From Hungateiclostridiaceae bacterium UBA1305 (GTDB lineage: Bacteria > Bacillota > Clostridia > Acetivibrionales > DTU013), in assembly GCA_002307275.1 (NCBI GenBank), contig DBTX01000078.1, positions 42 through 64,041 of the forward strand: a stretch of DNA of 64,000 nucleotides, given 5' to 3'. The notes below the pieces were generated by a model. The model was not told the origin of the DNA, searched no databases, and was given only the letters and a program-made list of their open reading frames with translations. This document shows, piece after piece, positions 9,841 to 18,279 of the stretch. How positions within the stretch are numbered: position 1 is the first letter of the stretch; every line of letters starts with the position of its first letter. Made by a program: the position numbers and the translations under genes.

Positions 9841-10004
9841 ACGTCTACACAAGAATATTTTGTTATATTTAATAAAACTTCAATGTTATTTTCTCCCGTA
9901 ACATTCCTTTCAGCATCAATTGGAGCAATTCCACTTGAATATAATGTGTCACTCACCTGCAAGGCGGGGGCTCGATGTACCTGCAATTTTCATTATTGAC
10001 CAGA

Positions 10005-10976
10005 TTACCCATTGTATAGCCAATTTACCACATCCCGCGGCAGCTCAACCTCCGCAGCTGTCAGGGAGTCGGCAAGCTGTTCCTCGTTTTTGCAGCCTAC
10101 GATCGCTGCCGCAGGAACCTGATTGCACAAAATAAACCCAAGCGCAACTGCGGATGGCGTTAAACCCGTCTGAAGAGCGTACTCCTTTACCCGATCCAGC
10201 CGCGCAATGTTCTCCGGAGTACAAAACCGCGTATACGCCTTCTTGTTGATCGCATCCAGGCCCAGAGCCGCGGCGCGTGCAAAGAAGCCTTTTGCCTGGG
10301 AAGAGTATGCAAACACCGGGAAGCTTTCCTTCAGATACCAGGCATATTCATGCCCATCCATGCAGACAATGGTAGGGTCATCATGCGCCTCAGGTGTTGA
10401 TGTCGCAAGGCTCCATTGGATTTGGGCAGCCGAAAACGATGCCAATCCATTAGCCAAAGCTACATCATTGGCCTCTTCCGTCCGTTCTGTCTTCCAATTG
10501 GAACAGCCCACGGCTCGCACCTTCCCTTTGGCAATCAATGTTGTCAAGGTTTCCATAATGTCTTCCACAGGACGTGTAACATCGTCCCTATGTAACCAGT
10601 AGAAGTCAACGTGATCTACACAAAGTGCTCTCAGACTCTCATCCAGGTCGCTTTCAATTTCCTTCATGGAAAGCCTGCCACGATCCATCTGATCCAGAGC
10701 AGGATGCCCTCCCTTTGTCGAAATGACCATCTTATTCCGGTTTCCTCTGTTTTTCAACCATTTCCCTATTGTTTTCTCACTGGCCCCGTTGCCATCCGGC
10801 AGCCATGAAGCGTACATACGGGCTGTGTCTATGCAGTTCCCCCCGGTATCGGCAAAAATGTCCAGCAGTTTAAACGCTGTTTTCTCAGGAACTGTAGTGC
10901 CAAAGTAATCGGTACCCAGTACTATTTTAGATATGCTCATCGTGTAATCCTGTACCGTCAATTTCATATGATTCAT
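10005..10976 (-). CDS. Aldo/keto reductase family oxidoreductase
   Basis: LGTDYFG, NCIDTARMY, ISTKGGH, DFYWLHRDD and VRAVGCSNW are typical of the AKR11/12-like family. GAGGAGG RBS lies 7 nt upstream of the ATG at 10976. Confidence 0.85.
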   Translation of the reverse strand: MNHMKLTVQDYTMSISKIVLGTDYFGTTVPEKTAFKLLDIFADTGGNCIDTARMYASWLPDGNGASEKTIGKWLKNRGNRNKMVISTKGGHPALDQMDRGRLSMKEIESDLDESLRALCVDHVDFYWLHRDDVTRPVEDIMETLTTLIAKGKVRAVGCSNWKTERTEEANDVALANGLASFSAAQIQWSLATSTPEAHDDPTIVCMDGHEYAWYLKESFPVFAYSSQAKGFFARAAALGLDAINKKAYTRFCTPENIARLDRVKEYALQTGLTPSAVALGFILCNQVPAAAIVGCKNEEQLADSLTAAEVELPRDVVNWLYNG

Positions 10977-11193
10977 AAGTCATCCTCCTCGTATCCAATG
11001 TGCAGAAAGCCGTTCTTGAAATCACTGACTTCTACATAGTACATTTGCCTGCCCTGCTTAATAAATTATAACATATAAAATACCTGTTTCGCATCCGGTA
11101 AAAAGGGCAAATAATGTGCTGATTTTCGCATACGTTTGCTGTATTATAGATATGTGCTTCTTATATAAATCAGATAACTCTGCATAACAGGAG

Positions 11194-12594
11194 ATGAGCA
11201 TACCAGTGAAGTATAACGAAAATACGATAGAAGATCTGAAACTGGCCTATATCGGCGGCGGATCCAGAGGCTGGGCCTGGAACCTCATGGGCGATCTGGC
11301 GATAGAGGAGCAGTTGTCCGGCAAGGTTACCCTGTACGACCTGGATTTTGACGCTGCAAAAAGTAACGAAATCATCGGTAACAGAATATCCTCTCATTCC
11401 GACGCAAAAAGCAAATGGAAATACAAAGCGGTACATACGCTCAAAGCAGCCCTGACAGATGCCGATCTGGTCATCATATCCATATTGCCGGGCACCTTCG
11501 ATGAAATGGAGTCCGACGTTCATGCCCCGGAGAAATATGGCATCTATCAGTCCGTTGGTGATACCGCAGGTCCCGGAGGACTTGTAAGGGCGCTCAGGAC
11601 AATACCGATGTTTGAAACCATCGCGCTGGGAATCAGGGATTATTGCCCGAAGGCATGGATCATCAACTATACGAACCCGATGACACTCTGCACACGCACC
11701 TTGTATGAAGTGTTCCCGCAGGTCAAAGCCTTTGGCTGCTGCCATGAAGTATTTGGTACGCAGGACCTCTTTATAAAAATGCTCAAGGATATGAAGGATA
11801 TCGAGGGCGCCCAGAGAGATGAAATCAAGGTGAACGTGCTTGGTATCAATCATTTTACATGGATAGACAGAGCTTCCTACAAGGGAATGGACCTTCTGTC
11901 CCTATACGGCGAATTTGCGGACAAATATTATGAGAGCGGTTTTGAAGATGCAGAAAAGGAGCATTGGATGAACAGCTTTTTTTCCTCCGCCAACAGGGTC
12001 AAATTCGACCTGTTCAAGCGCTATGGCATTGCAGCGGCTGCAGGTGACAGACATTTGGCAGAATTCCTGCCACCCTGGTATCTGAAAGATCCGGAAACGA
12101 TAAAATCCTGGAAATTCAGCCTGACTCCTGTCAGTTGGAGAAAAGAAAGGCAGTTGGAATTAAAGGAAAAGAGCAAACGGCTGGTCAGCGGTGAAGAAGA
12201 AGTCGCCCTGAAGAAATCAGGCGAGGAAGGTATCCGCCAGATAAAAGCCTTGCTGGGTCTTGGGGATCTCATCACAAATGTAAATGCACCGAACAGGGGT
12301 CAGATGGAGGATGTGCCTTTGGGCTGTGTGGTGGAAACAAACTCCGTATTTTCAAGAGACAGTCTGTCTCCGGTAGTATCGGGCAAGCTGCCCAATGCAG
12401 TTCAAAGCCTTGTCATGAGACAGGTGCTGAGTCAGGAAACCATTCTGCACGCTGCATTGAACCGGGATAAGGAAATGGCCTTCAGCGCATTTATCAATGA
12501 CCCGCTGGTTACCCTGGATTTGACATCTGCGAGGAAGCTGTTTGATGAAATGCTGGAAAGCACGAAGAAATATCTGCCCGATTGGGAAATATAA
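11194..12594 (+). CDS. Glycoside hydrolase family 4 (NAD/Mn-dependent; alpha-galacturonidase/alpha-glucuronidase-like, LplD type)
   Basis: KLAYIGGGSRGWAWNL (N-terminal NAD-binding), INYTNPM, GCCHEVFG and GINHFTW are GH4 signature blocks. The start is uncertain: the ATG at 11194 abuts the GGAG, and the GTG at 11206 is an alternative. Confidence 0.8.
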   Translation: MSIPVKYNENTIEDLKLAYIGGGSRGWAWNLMGDLAIEEQLSGKVTLYDLDFDAAKSNEIIGNRISSHSDAKSKWKYKAVHTLKAALTDADLVIISILPGTFDEMESDVHAPEKYGIYQSVGDTAGPGGLVRALRTIPMFETIALGIRDYCPKAWIINYTNPMTLCTRTLYEVFPQVKAFGCCHEVFGTQDLFIKMLKDMKDIEGAQRDEIKVNVLGINHFTWIDRASYKGMDLLSLYGEFADKYYESGFEDAEKEHWMNSFFSSANRVKFDLFKRYGIAAAAGDRHLAEFLPPWYLKDPETIKSWKFSLTPVSWRKERQLELKEKSKRLVSGEEEVALKKSGEEGIRQIKALLGLGDLITNVNAPNRGQMEDVPLGCVVETNSVFSRDSLSPVVSGKLPNAVQSLVMRQVLSQETILHAALNRDKEMAFSAFINDPLVTLDLTSARKLFDEMLESTKKYLPDWEI

Positions 12595-12874
12595 GCGCCA
12601 CAATCGGGCAGCATGATTCAATTCGACAATCGCATAATAGACAAGTTATAATACAAAGCATTCCCTTTTTCGGTCACATTTCGTCATTATCCATATACTT
12701 CTTATCCTTTCAAATCCACAATTCATCCTTTTTTCATATTTCTCATTCTCCGCATGATCTATAATAAGTACAGCAAATTTTCTTATTATACACGCTGTTT
12801 ATCTATTTTTTGCATTTGCGTTCGCACCGGTGGAACATACAACTTATGACGAATTATGCAAAACAAAAATCAGT

Positions 12875-14692
12875 ATGAAAGGTATGATATATTTGAAAAA
12901 TTTAAACTACCAGCCTTTTGAGAGAAATAAATTTTTTTATGGCAAGCTTCTTACTGTTGCAGATTTTGAGCTGGAACAAAAGTACATGAATGACAAGAGA
13001 AGATTCCTCAGCAAATCCCTTTTTGGCAGCGGTGTAATATGCGGCCTGAATACATACGGCGTTGATGACAGCTCCGTTATGATAGAAGCAGGTGCGGCAA
13101 TTGACAGTACCGGCAGGGAAATTGTCGTAAATGAATCAGTCCTTCGCAAGCTGTCCGGCATAGACGGTTATGAGAACACGTCAGGCAGTGTTTTATATCT
13201 TTGCATAGAATACAATGAAGAATTACACGATCCGGTTTATTCTATTGCCCATACCCTGGGTGATACTGCTAAAAGCACCTCGGAATTTAACCGTGTAAAG
13301 GAATCCTTCCGCTTGTTTGTTACCGACAAGGAGCCGGACACGGAACCATACTCTTTAATAAATGAATTCATCTCGCGAAAAGTCATATTCTCCAACAGGG
13401 ATATCACTGTCACCCAGAGTGTCCCCCGTACCGTCTCAGCTTCAAGGCCCTTCAATATCACTGTAGACATTGAAAAGCATATAACCGCTTCAGATTTGTC
13501 CTTTGAATATATTATTGATACACCCTATTTTAACACAGCCGATGGTTCCGGTGTCATTCATGTCTGCTTTAATGATACGCCGGCAGAAATGAGTGACAAG
13601 CATACTCTTACCTATACTGTGATACCGCCGGGCAGTGTCAGGGCAGAGGCCGGCATGTCCATACTCCCGCAGAGTATTAAATTCACCTCTCAAAAAAGCA
13701 TATCTTCCGTGAAAGAGGCAATCAATTTTGAGATCAATGTCGTGCAGGCAGAGTTGCCCGAGATGATAGAAGGGAAATATTTCTCCATTTCGGCGGACGA
13801 AATTTCCGGCAGCAGATATCATTCGCCCATTTACCTCTCACGTATTGAAATCTTCCGTTCAAGCACCACCTATATCATTGAAGCTTTAAAATCAATGCCC
13901 TTTAATCAATATATCTATAATCCCCAGCTTTTGCGCCTGGATAATCAGCTAAGCGCCTTCTTCCCTCCGCTGGATAGAACCGGTCCATCCCAGGGTATAT
14001 CAGCTGATTCCGGAACACAAAAAAGCACCGCCGATTTTTCTCAGTCGAAAGAGCCTGGCAGTTCATCAGGTATCATCGAAATTCCCCTTGGCTTCAACCC
14101 ACACCCCAGGCAGAAATTCTATTCGGACGAAATCATGCACGGACTGGGGAAAGGAGTCGTCACTATTGTTCTGGGAATTGAAGCTGCTTCTGTCAACGAA
14201 AAGCTGTCCCGCGGCAATTTTACCGCTTATGGAAATCCGGATATTTTTAAGGGCTCGGATTATGACGCCCATCTCCCCGCTTATGAACTATGCGCCCTGA
14301 ATTATGAGGAACGAGGTACGTTTGTGGTTGGAGTGAAGCTCCTTGAAACAACAACCTCCCTTTATGTGAAGATCAAGTGGCATGCCTTTAAAACACCGGC
14401 GCCGGCAATGGGCATATCTGAATCACGTCAGGACATCTGCCTGTTTGTCAAACCGGATACAATTGTTATTGCTCCGCGGGAAACGGCATATTTTAAGGCA
14501 ATTTTCTGCAATACCGATGAAACGCCCTGCATTTGGAGTGTTGTAGAAGACAATGGCGGAACGGTAGAACCAAATGGCATATACACAGCCCCAAACAAAG
14601 AGGGGGTATATGAGGTGAATGTACAAAGCATTTCCAATCCTTCTCTGAAAGCATCGGCATTTGTCGTCGTTAAAGAGAAAGGAGCCAATTAA
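12875..14692 (+). CDS. Hypothetical cytoplasmic protein (~600 aa) with conserved N-terminal FERNKFFYGKLLTVADFELEQKY motif and C-terminal Ig-like domain; first gene of the CIS-linked plus-strand operon
   Basis: This is a long ORF with no signal peptide. The C-terminal WSVVEDNGGTVEPNGIYTAPNKEGVYEVNVQSISNPSLKASAFVVV looks like a bacterial Ig-like (Big) domain. The start is ambiguous (ATG 12875, ATG 12884 or TTG 12893). Its stop overlaps the next start (TAATG). Confidence 0.55.
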   Translation: MKGMIYLKNLNYQPFERNKFFYGKLLTVADFELEQKYMNDKRRFLSKSLFGSGVICGLNTYGVDDSSVMIEAGAAIDSTGREIVVNESVLRKLSGIDGYENTSGSVLYLCIEYNEELHDPVYSIAHTLGDTAKSTSEFNRVKESFRLFVTDKEPDTEPYSLINEFISRKVIFSNRDITVTQSVPRTVSASRPFNITVDIEKHITASDLSFEYIIDTPYFNTADGSGVIHVCFNDTPAEMSDKHTLTYTVIPPGSVRAEAGMSILPQSIKFTSQKSISSVKEAINFEINVVQAELPEMIEGKYFSISADEISGSRYHSPIYLSRIEIFRSSTTYIIEALKSMPFNQYIYNPQLLRLDNQLSAFFPPLDRTGPSQGISADSGTQKSTADFSQSKEPGSSSGIIEIPLGFNPHPRQKFYSDEIMHGLGKGVVTIVLGIEAASVNEKLSRGNFTAYGNPDIFKGSDYDAHLPAYELCALNYEERGTFVVGVKLLETTTSLYVKIKWHAFKTPAPAMGISESRQDICLFVKPDTIVIAPRETAYFKAIFCNTDETPCIWSVVEDNGGTVEPNGIYTAPNKEGVYEVNVQSISNPSLKASAFVVVKEKGAN

Positions 14693-15597
14693 TGATACAA
14701 ACTCCGGTTAAAAGCTATGAAGAAATCCGCACAGTTTTAAGTAATGAGACGAACGAAGTCCTTGTGTGCAGGAGCATGACAAGGGACGACTCAGGCTTTT
14801 ATACTGTAGTCAGGCTGAAGGACCGTGCTTTGCACACCCGGCTTTTAAAGGTGTTCTCCGGGAATTTTTCCGGTTTTTCCATGAATGATTTTTTCGAGCT
14901 GACCACCGTTGACTCCCAGCTTGCGCTGATATTTCCCTACAACAAGGAAAACAGGCTTTTCTATTATCAGCCGCTTTATTGCAGGCACTTTTCCGACAGG
15001 CTGAATATTGCTAAAAATCTTCTTGCAGAGCTTATATCAACTCCTCTTCCCGTAGAAATACTTTTTTTCCTGCTGGAGGAATACAACCTGAATCTGAGAC
15101 GGGACGGCCGGGTTTATTTCAACTTTTTTCTGGATTTCCAGCTTCTGCCGGACGAACTTGATATGCAGTACATTATTAATAAAGCCGCTGAAATTTTATT
15201 AAGGATTCTCACAAATAGTAAAAATAGCATTTCACATGAAGCAGAACTTTTCAGAGTGAAGGTTCAACGAAAATCCTTTGCAAGCTTTGGGGCTATTTAC
15301 GCGGATTTGAAAAGAATTTCTCCAGACGCGGAGATAAATACAAGCCTGCCGGATAAAATAAAGCGGACTTATTCCAACAAAAAAAAATACATTCTCTCAG
15401 CAGTTAAGACAGGTATTCTGGTCTTGCTTATAGGCGCATCCGTACTGTACAGCATCTCTGAATTGCGGAGCAGGTCGGCTGTATCCGCACTGAGTTCGTC
15501 TGAAGTAAAGCCTGCGTATAAGGGGCTGGAAAAAATCGGATCTGTGAATCTTCCGGAAGATACCGACAAACAGGAGATTATTGATGAAACGGATTAG
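14692..15597 (+). CDS. Hypothetical tail-anchored membrane protein; N-terminal domain with faint protein-kinase-like (pseudokinase) pattern
   Basis: 301 aa with a single TM segment, ILSAVKTGILVLLIGASVLYSI, near the C-terminus. The N-terminal 180 aa show kinase-like strand/helix spacing (YTVVRLKD...LALIFPY...NLNLRRDGRVYFNFFLDF) without HRD/DFG. The start overlaps the upstream stop, and its 3' end overlaps the next gene by 14 nt. Confidence 0.45.
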   Translation: MIQTPVKSYEEIRTVLSNETNEVLVCRSMTRDDSGFYTVVRLKDRALHTRLLKVFSGNFSGFSMNDFFELTTVDSQLALIFPYNKENRLFYYQPLYCRHFSDRLNIAKNLLAELISTPLPVEILFFLLEEYNLNLRRDGRVYFNFFLDFQLLPDELDMQYIINKAAEILLRILTNSKNSISHEAELFRVKVQRKSFASFGAIYADLKRISPDAEINTSLPDKIKRTYSNKKKYILSAVKTGILVLLIGASVLYSISELRSRSAVSALSSSEVKPAYKGLEKIGSVNLPEDTDKQEIIDETD

Positions 15598-18256
15598 GAT
15601 AATTTTAATTATTGTTATGCTGTTGCTAACTTTTACCGCATCCTATATCTATAATATATCCGCAGTTCCTGATATTTCAGAATCTTCCGGCAGTAGTGCC
15701 GTCGATTCAAGAGGCCTCTTCTATATGCTCGAAAACACCAGTACCAGGATTAACTTCATGCGCGTAAACAGCAGTAATGTTATTGATTGTTATTATTCTG
15801 CCCGCAGGAATACGGCTGATACGATGCTTCTTTTCGGAGATATCTTTGTGGATGAAGCTGCGAACCGCGTGTATTCGGTAAAGAATATACTGAATAACCG
15901 GTCCAACCGATTTATTTCAAGCAGTATTGTCTATTTCGATACCGCTTCAAACGAAGCCCACCCTGAAACGCTGCTGGAGCTTGGTCTGGAATCCCGGGAC
16001 CCCTCCGCCAACCAATATATACAGTATATTTATCCGTGCGGAGATTATCTTTATTTTACTTCGGTAGGTGAGGATATGAAGACGGTTGTTTTTTACCGTC
16101 TGGAGATCGGCAAAGCCTCAAAAGATATCCATGCCGATCCGGAGATTCTCTTGAAATACCAATTGTCCGAGAACTCAATTGTTAATACCGCTTTATGCGG
16201 AAAGGATTTTTTACTTGTACAGACGGCAGATTCTAAAATCTTCCATATAGATTCCCATGGCTCCTCAAGGCTCCTGTTTCCTTCAAAGGAATATTCGGGC
16301 CGCAGCTTTCCAATGAGCCTTCGCATTGATAATGAAAACAGGCTTCATTTCAATGAAATCTTCAGCAGTGATTCTATAGTTATGGACATTGATAGCGGCA
16401 GCATCCTTTCCTCCCTTAAATCAGATATGCCTGATGCGACAGGAGAATTGCGCAATCTCAAACTTTCTTCAAATGTTTTGCTTTTCAATACCGTGAAAAC
16501 GATGCTGTCAGCACTGGCCTTCCTGCTTCCGGTTTTAGGGCTGATACTGTTATTCCGTTTTGTATACCGCCGCAGACCGACTCTGCTGATGAAGCTGGTT
16601 ACCTTTGTGCTTCCAATTGTAATATTGGCTTTGCTCCTATTTTCAGAGGTTGCAATCCACATATTTGACAAGTCGATCACAGCAGAAAGGACAGGACTTG
16701 TTAAAAATGTAGGGAGCTTTGTCGCCCAGAATGTTGACACCGACCTGCTTTCCCAGATTAACAAGCCTCAGGATATGCTGCTTCCCGCATATGACAAATT
16801 ACTCCGCTCTATTTCAAGTGTGTCGGATTACAGTGAATTTCTTCCTGCCAGTACAGATTATTCAGGCTTGTACTGCGTACTCATGAAAGTGGAAAAAGGC
16901 CGGATATATACTGCCGTCTCTGCCGACATGCCTTGCTTTGTTCCGCTTGACAGCCTTTACTCCCAGCAGTCTATGAGCCTTTACCATACCGCTTTGGACA
17001 AAAAGAACCTGGTTACGGGTACAATTCAGGATATACAGGGTATATGGACCGTATCCATTTACCCGATATTTAATTCTGCCGGTGATATTTCAGGCATGCT
17101 CGAAACGGGAATCAATTCAAAGGATCTTGAGTCCTCCATACTCAGCCTTTCCCGTTTAATGCTCCTGTCAGGCGCCGCAGTCTCCCTTGCCGTTTTACTT
17201 GCTTTTTTCATCGCACTGAAGCTGCTGCTTCATCCCCTTGCATTGTTAAAAGAAGCTGTAGTATCCGTTTACAATGGCAATTATGGCGCATTGGCAAAAA
17301 TAAAGGCAAATGACGAGGTTGCCGATATCAGCCGCGTATTCAACAAACTGTCGTCCGAGCTAAGCATCCAGTTCGGCAAGCTCACAAATCTAAATCAGGC
17401 CTATAGCAAGCTTGTCCCTCCGGACACCTATTTACTGCTTAACAAAAATTCAATCCTTGATATCAAGCTTGGCGATCAGGTAAGCACTAAAATGACAATA
17501 ATGAATGCTTTCATCAGGAATTTCGAAAAAACCACTTCCGATTTATCTCCTGAGACTACTTTCAAATTTATCAACCGGATTTATAAAATAATCAGCAGTA
17601 ATTCCAGCAATTATTCCGGTATTGTGCAATCCTATAACGCAGACAGGCTGACAGTCCTGTTTCAAAACAATCCCGAAAATGCTCTTCAATCCGCCATTTG
17701 CATAAGATCCGAGCTTTCTGCAAAAAGCGGCTCAATATCCTCAAAAAGCTGGCAGGTGGTGGACGCAGGCTTCTACATACACACTACCTCCTGCATTTAT
17801 GGAATAGTCGGTGAAGAAAACAGGTATTCTTCTGCTGTAGTAGCAGAAAACAGTGATGTGATCTATTCCCTTGACAACTTGCAGCACCAGCTTATGTGCT
17901 CCATTCTTGTAACGCAAAATGCATATGACGGGCTTTCCGGGCCTGGCGAATACAATCATCGCTATATTGGCTACATGCTTGACAGTGATGGCCGGACACA
18001 AATCGGGTTATATGAGTTTTTTGACGGCGACGAGCCCAATGTGCTGATTGGCAAAAAACAGACTCTTGAAATATTTAAAACAGCAATTCTCGAATATTTG
18101 CAGCAAAATTTTTACAAAGCACGGAATTTGTTTGCCCAGGTTATCCGAATAAATCCGAAGGATACGGTAGCCAGATGGTTTCTGTTCAAATGCGATGTAC
18201 TCTGCAGGCAGTCGGATGAAGCAGTTCCCGAACTGGCTCTCACTAAATACCTATAA
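15584..18256 (+). CDS. Membrane sensor: N-terminal TM, ~300-aa extracytoplasmic beta-rich domain, TM pair, PDC/Cache-like domain, TM, HAMP, class III nucleotidyl-cyclase-like domain (apparently degenerate) and C-terminal TPR
   Basis: HAMP: LLHPLALLKEAVVSVYNGNYGALAKIKANDEVADISRVFNKLSSEL. Cyclase-like: MTIMNAFIRNFEKTT...YNADRLTVLF...GIVGEENRYSSAVVAENSDVIYSLDN. TPR-like tail: NFYKARNLFAQVIRINPKDTVARWFLFKC. CAGGAG RBS precedes the ATG at 15584. Confidence 0.6.
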   Translation: MKRIRIILIIVMLLLTFTASYIYNISAVPDISESSGSSAVDSRGLFYMLENTSTRINFMRVNSSNVIDCYYSARRNTADTMLLFGDIFVDEAANRVYSVKNILNNRSNRFISSSIVYFDTASNEAHPETLLELGLESRDPSANQYIQYIYPCGDYLYFTSVGEDMKTVVFYRLEIGKASKDIHADPEILLKYQLSENSIVNTALCGKDFLLVQTADSKIFHIDSHGSSRLLFPSKEYSGRSFPMSLRIDNENRLHFNEIFSSDSIVMDIDSGSILSSLKSDMPDATGELRNLKLSSNVLLFNTVKTMLSALAFLLPVLGLILLFRFVYRRRPTLLMKLVTFVLPIVILALLLFSEVAIHIFDKSITAERTGLVKNVGSFVAQNVDTDLLSQINKPQDMLLPAYDKLLRSISSVSDYSEFLPASTDYSGLYCVLMKVEKGRIYTAVSADMPCFVPLDSLYSQQSMSLYHTALDKKNLVTGTIQDIQGIWTVSIYPIFNSAGDISGMLETGINSKDLESSILSLSRLMLLSGAAVSLAVLLAFFIALKLLLHPLALLKEAVVSVYNGNYGALAKIKANDEVADISRVFNKLSSELSIQFGKLTNLNQAYSKLVPPDTYLLLNKNSILDIKLGDQVSTKMTIMNAFIRNFEKTTSDLSPETTFKFINRIYKIISSNSSNYSGIVQSYNADRLTVLFQNNPENALQSAICIRSELSAKSGSISSKSWQVVDAGFYIHTTSCIYGIVGEENRYSSAVVAENSDVIYSLDNLQHQLMCSILVTQNAYDGLSGPGEYNHRYIGYMLDSDGRTQIGLYEFFDGDEPNVLIGKKQTLEIFKTAILEYLQQNFYKARNLFAQVIRINPKDTVARWFLFKCDVLCRQSDEAVPELALTKYL

Positions 18257-18279
18257 AACGATGAAAGGCGCTGCGGCAT

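Noticed and set aside
12582-12874. ORF 12582..12764 and a sigma-A-type promoter guess (TATAAT at 12760-12765) in the leader of the plus-strand operon
   Set aside because: The ORF is a pyrimidine-rich low-complexity frame with no SD. The -10-like hexamer has no acceptable -35 at 17 bp (TATTTC), so I cannot support a promoter call.
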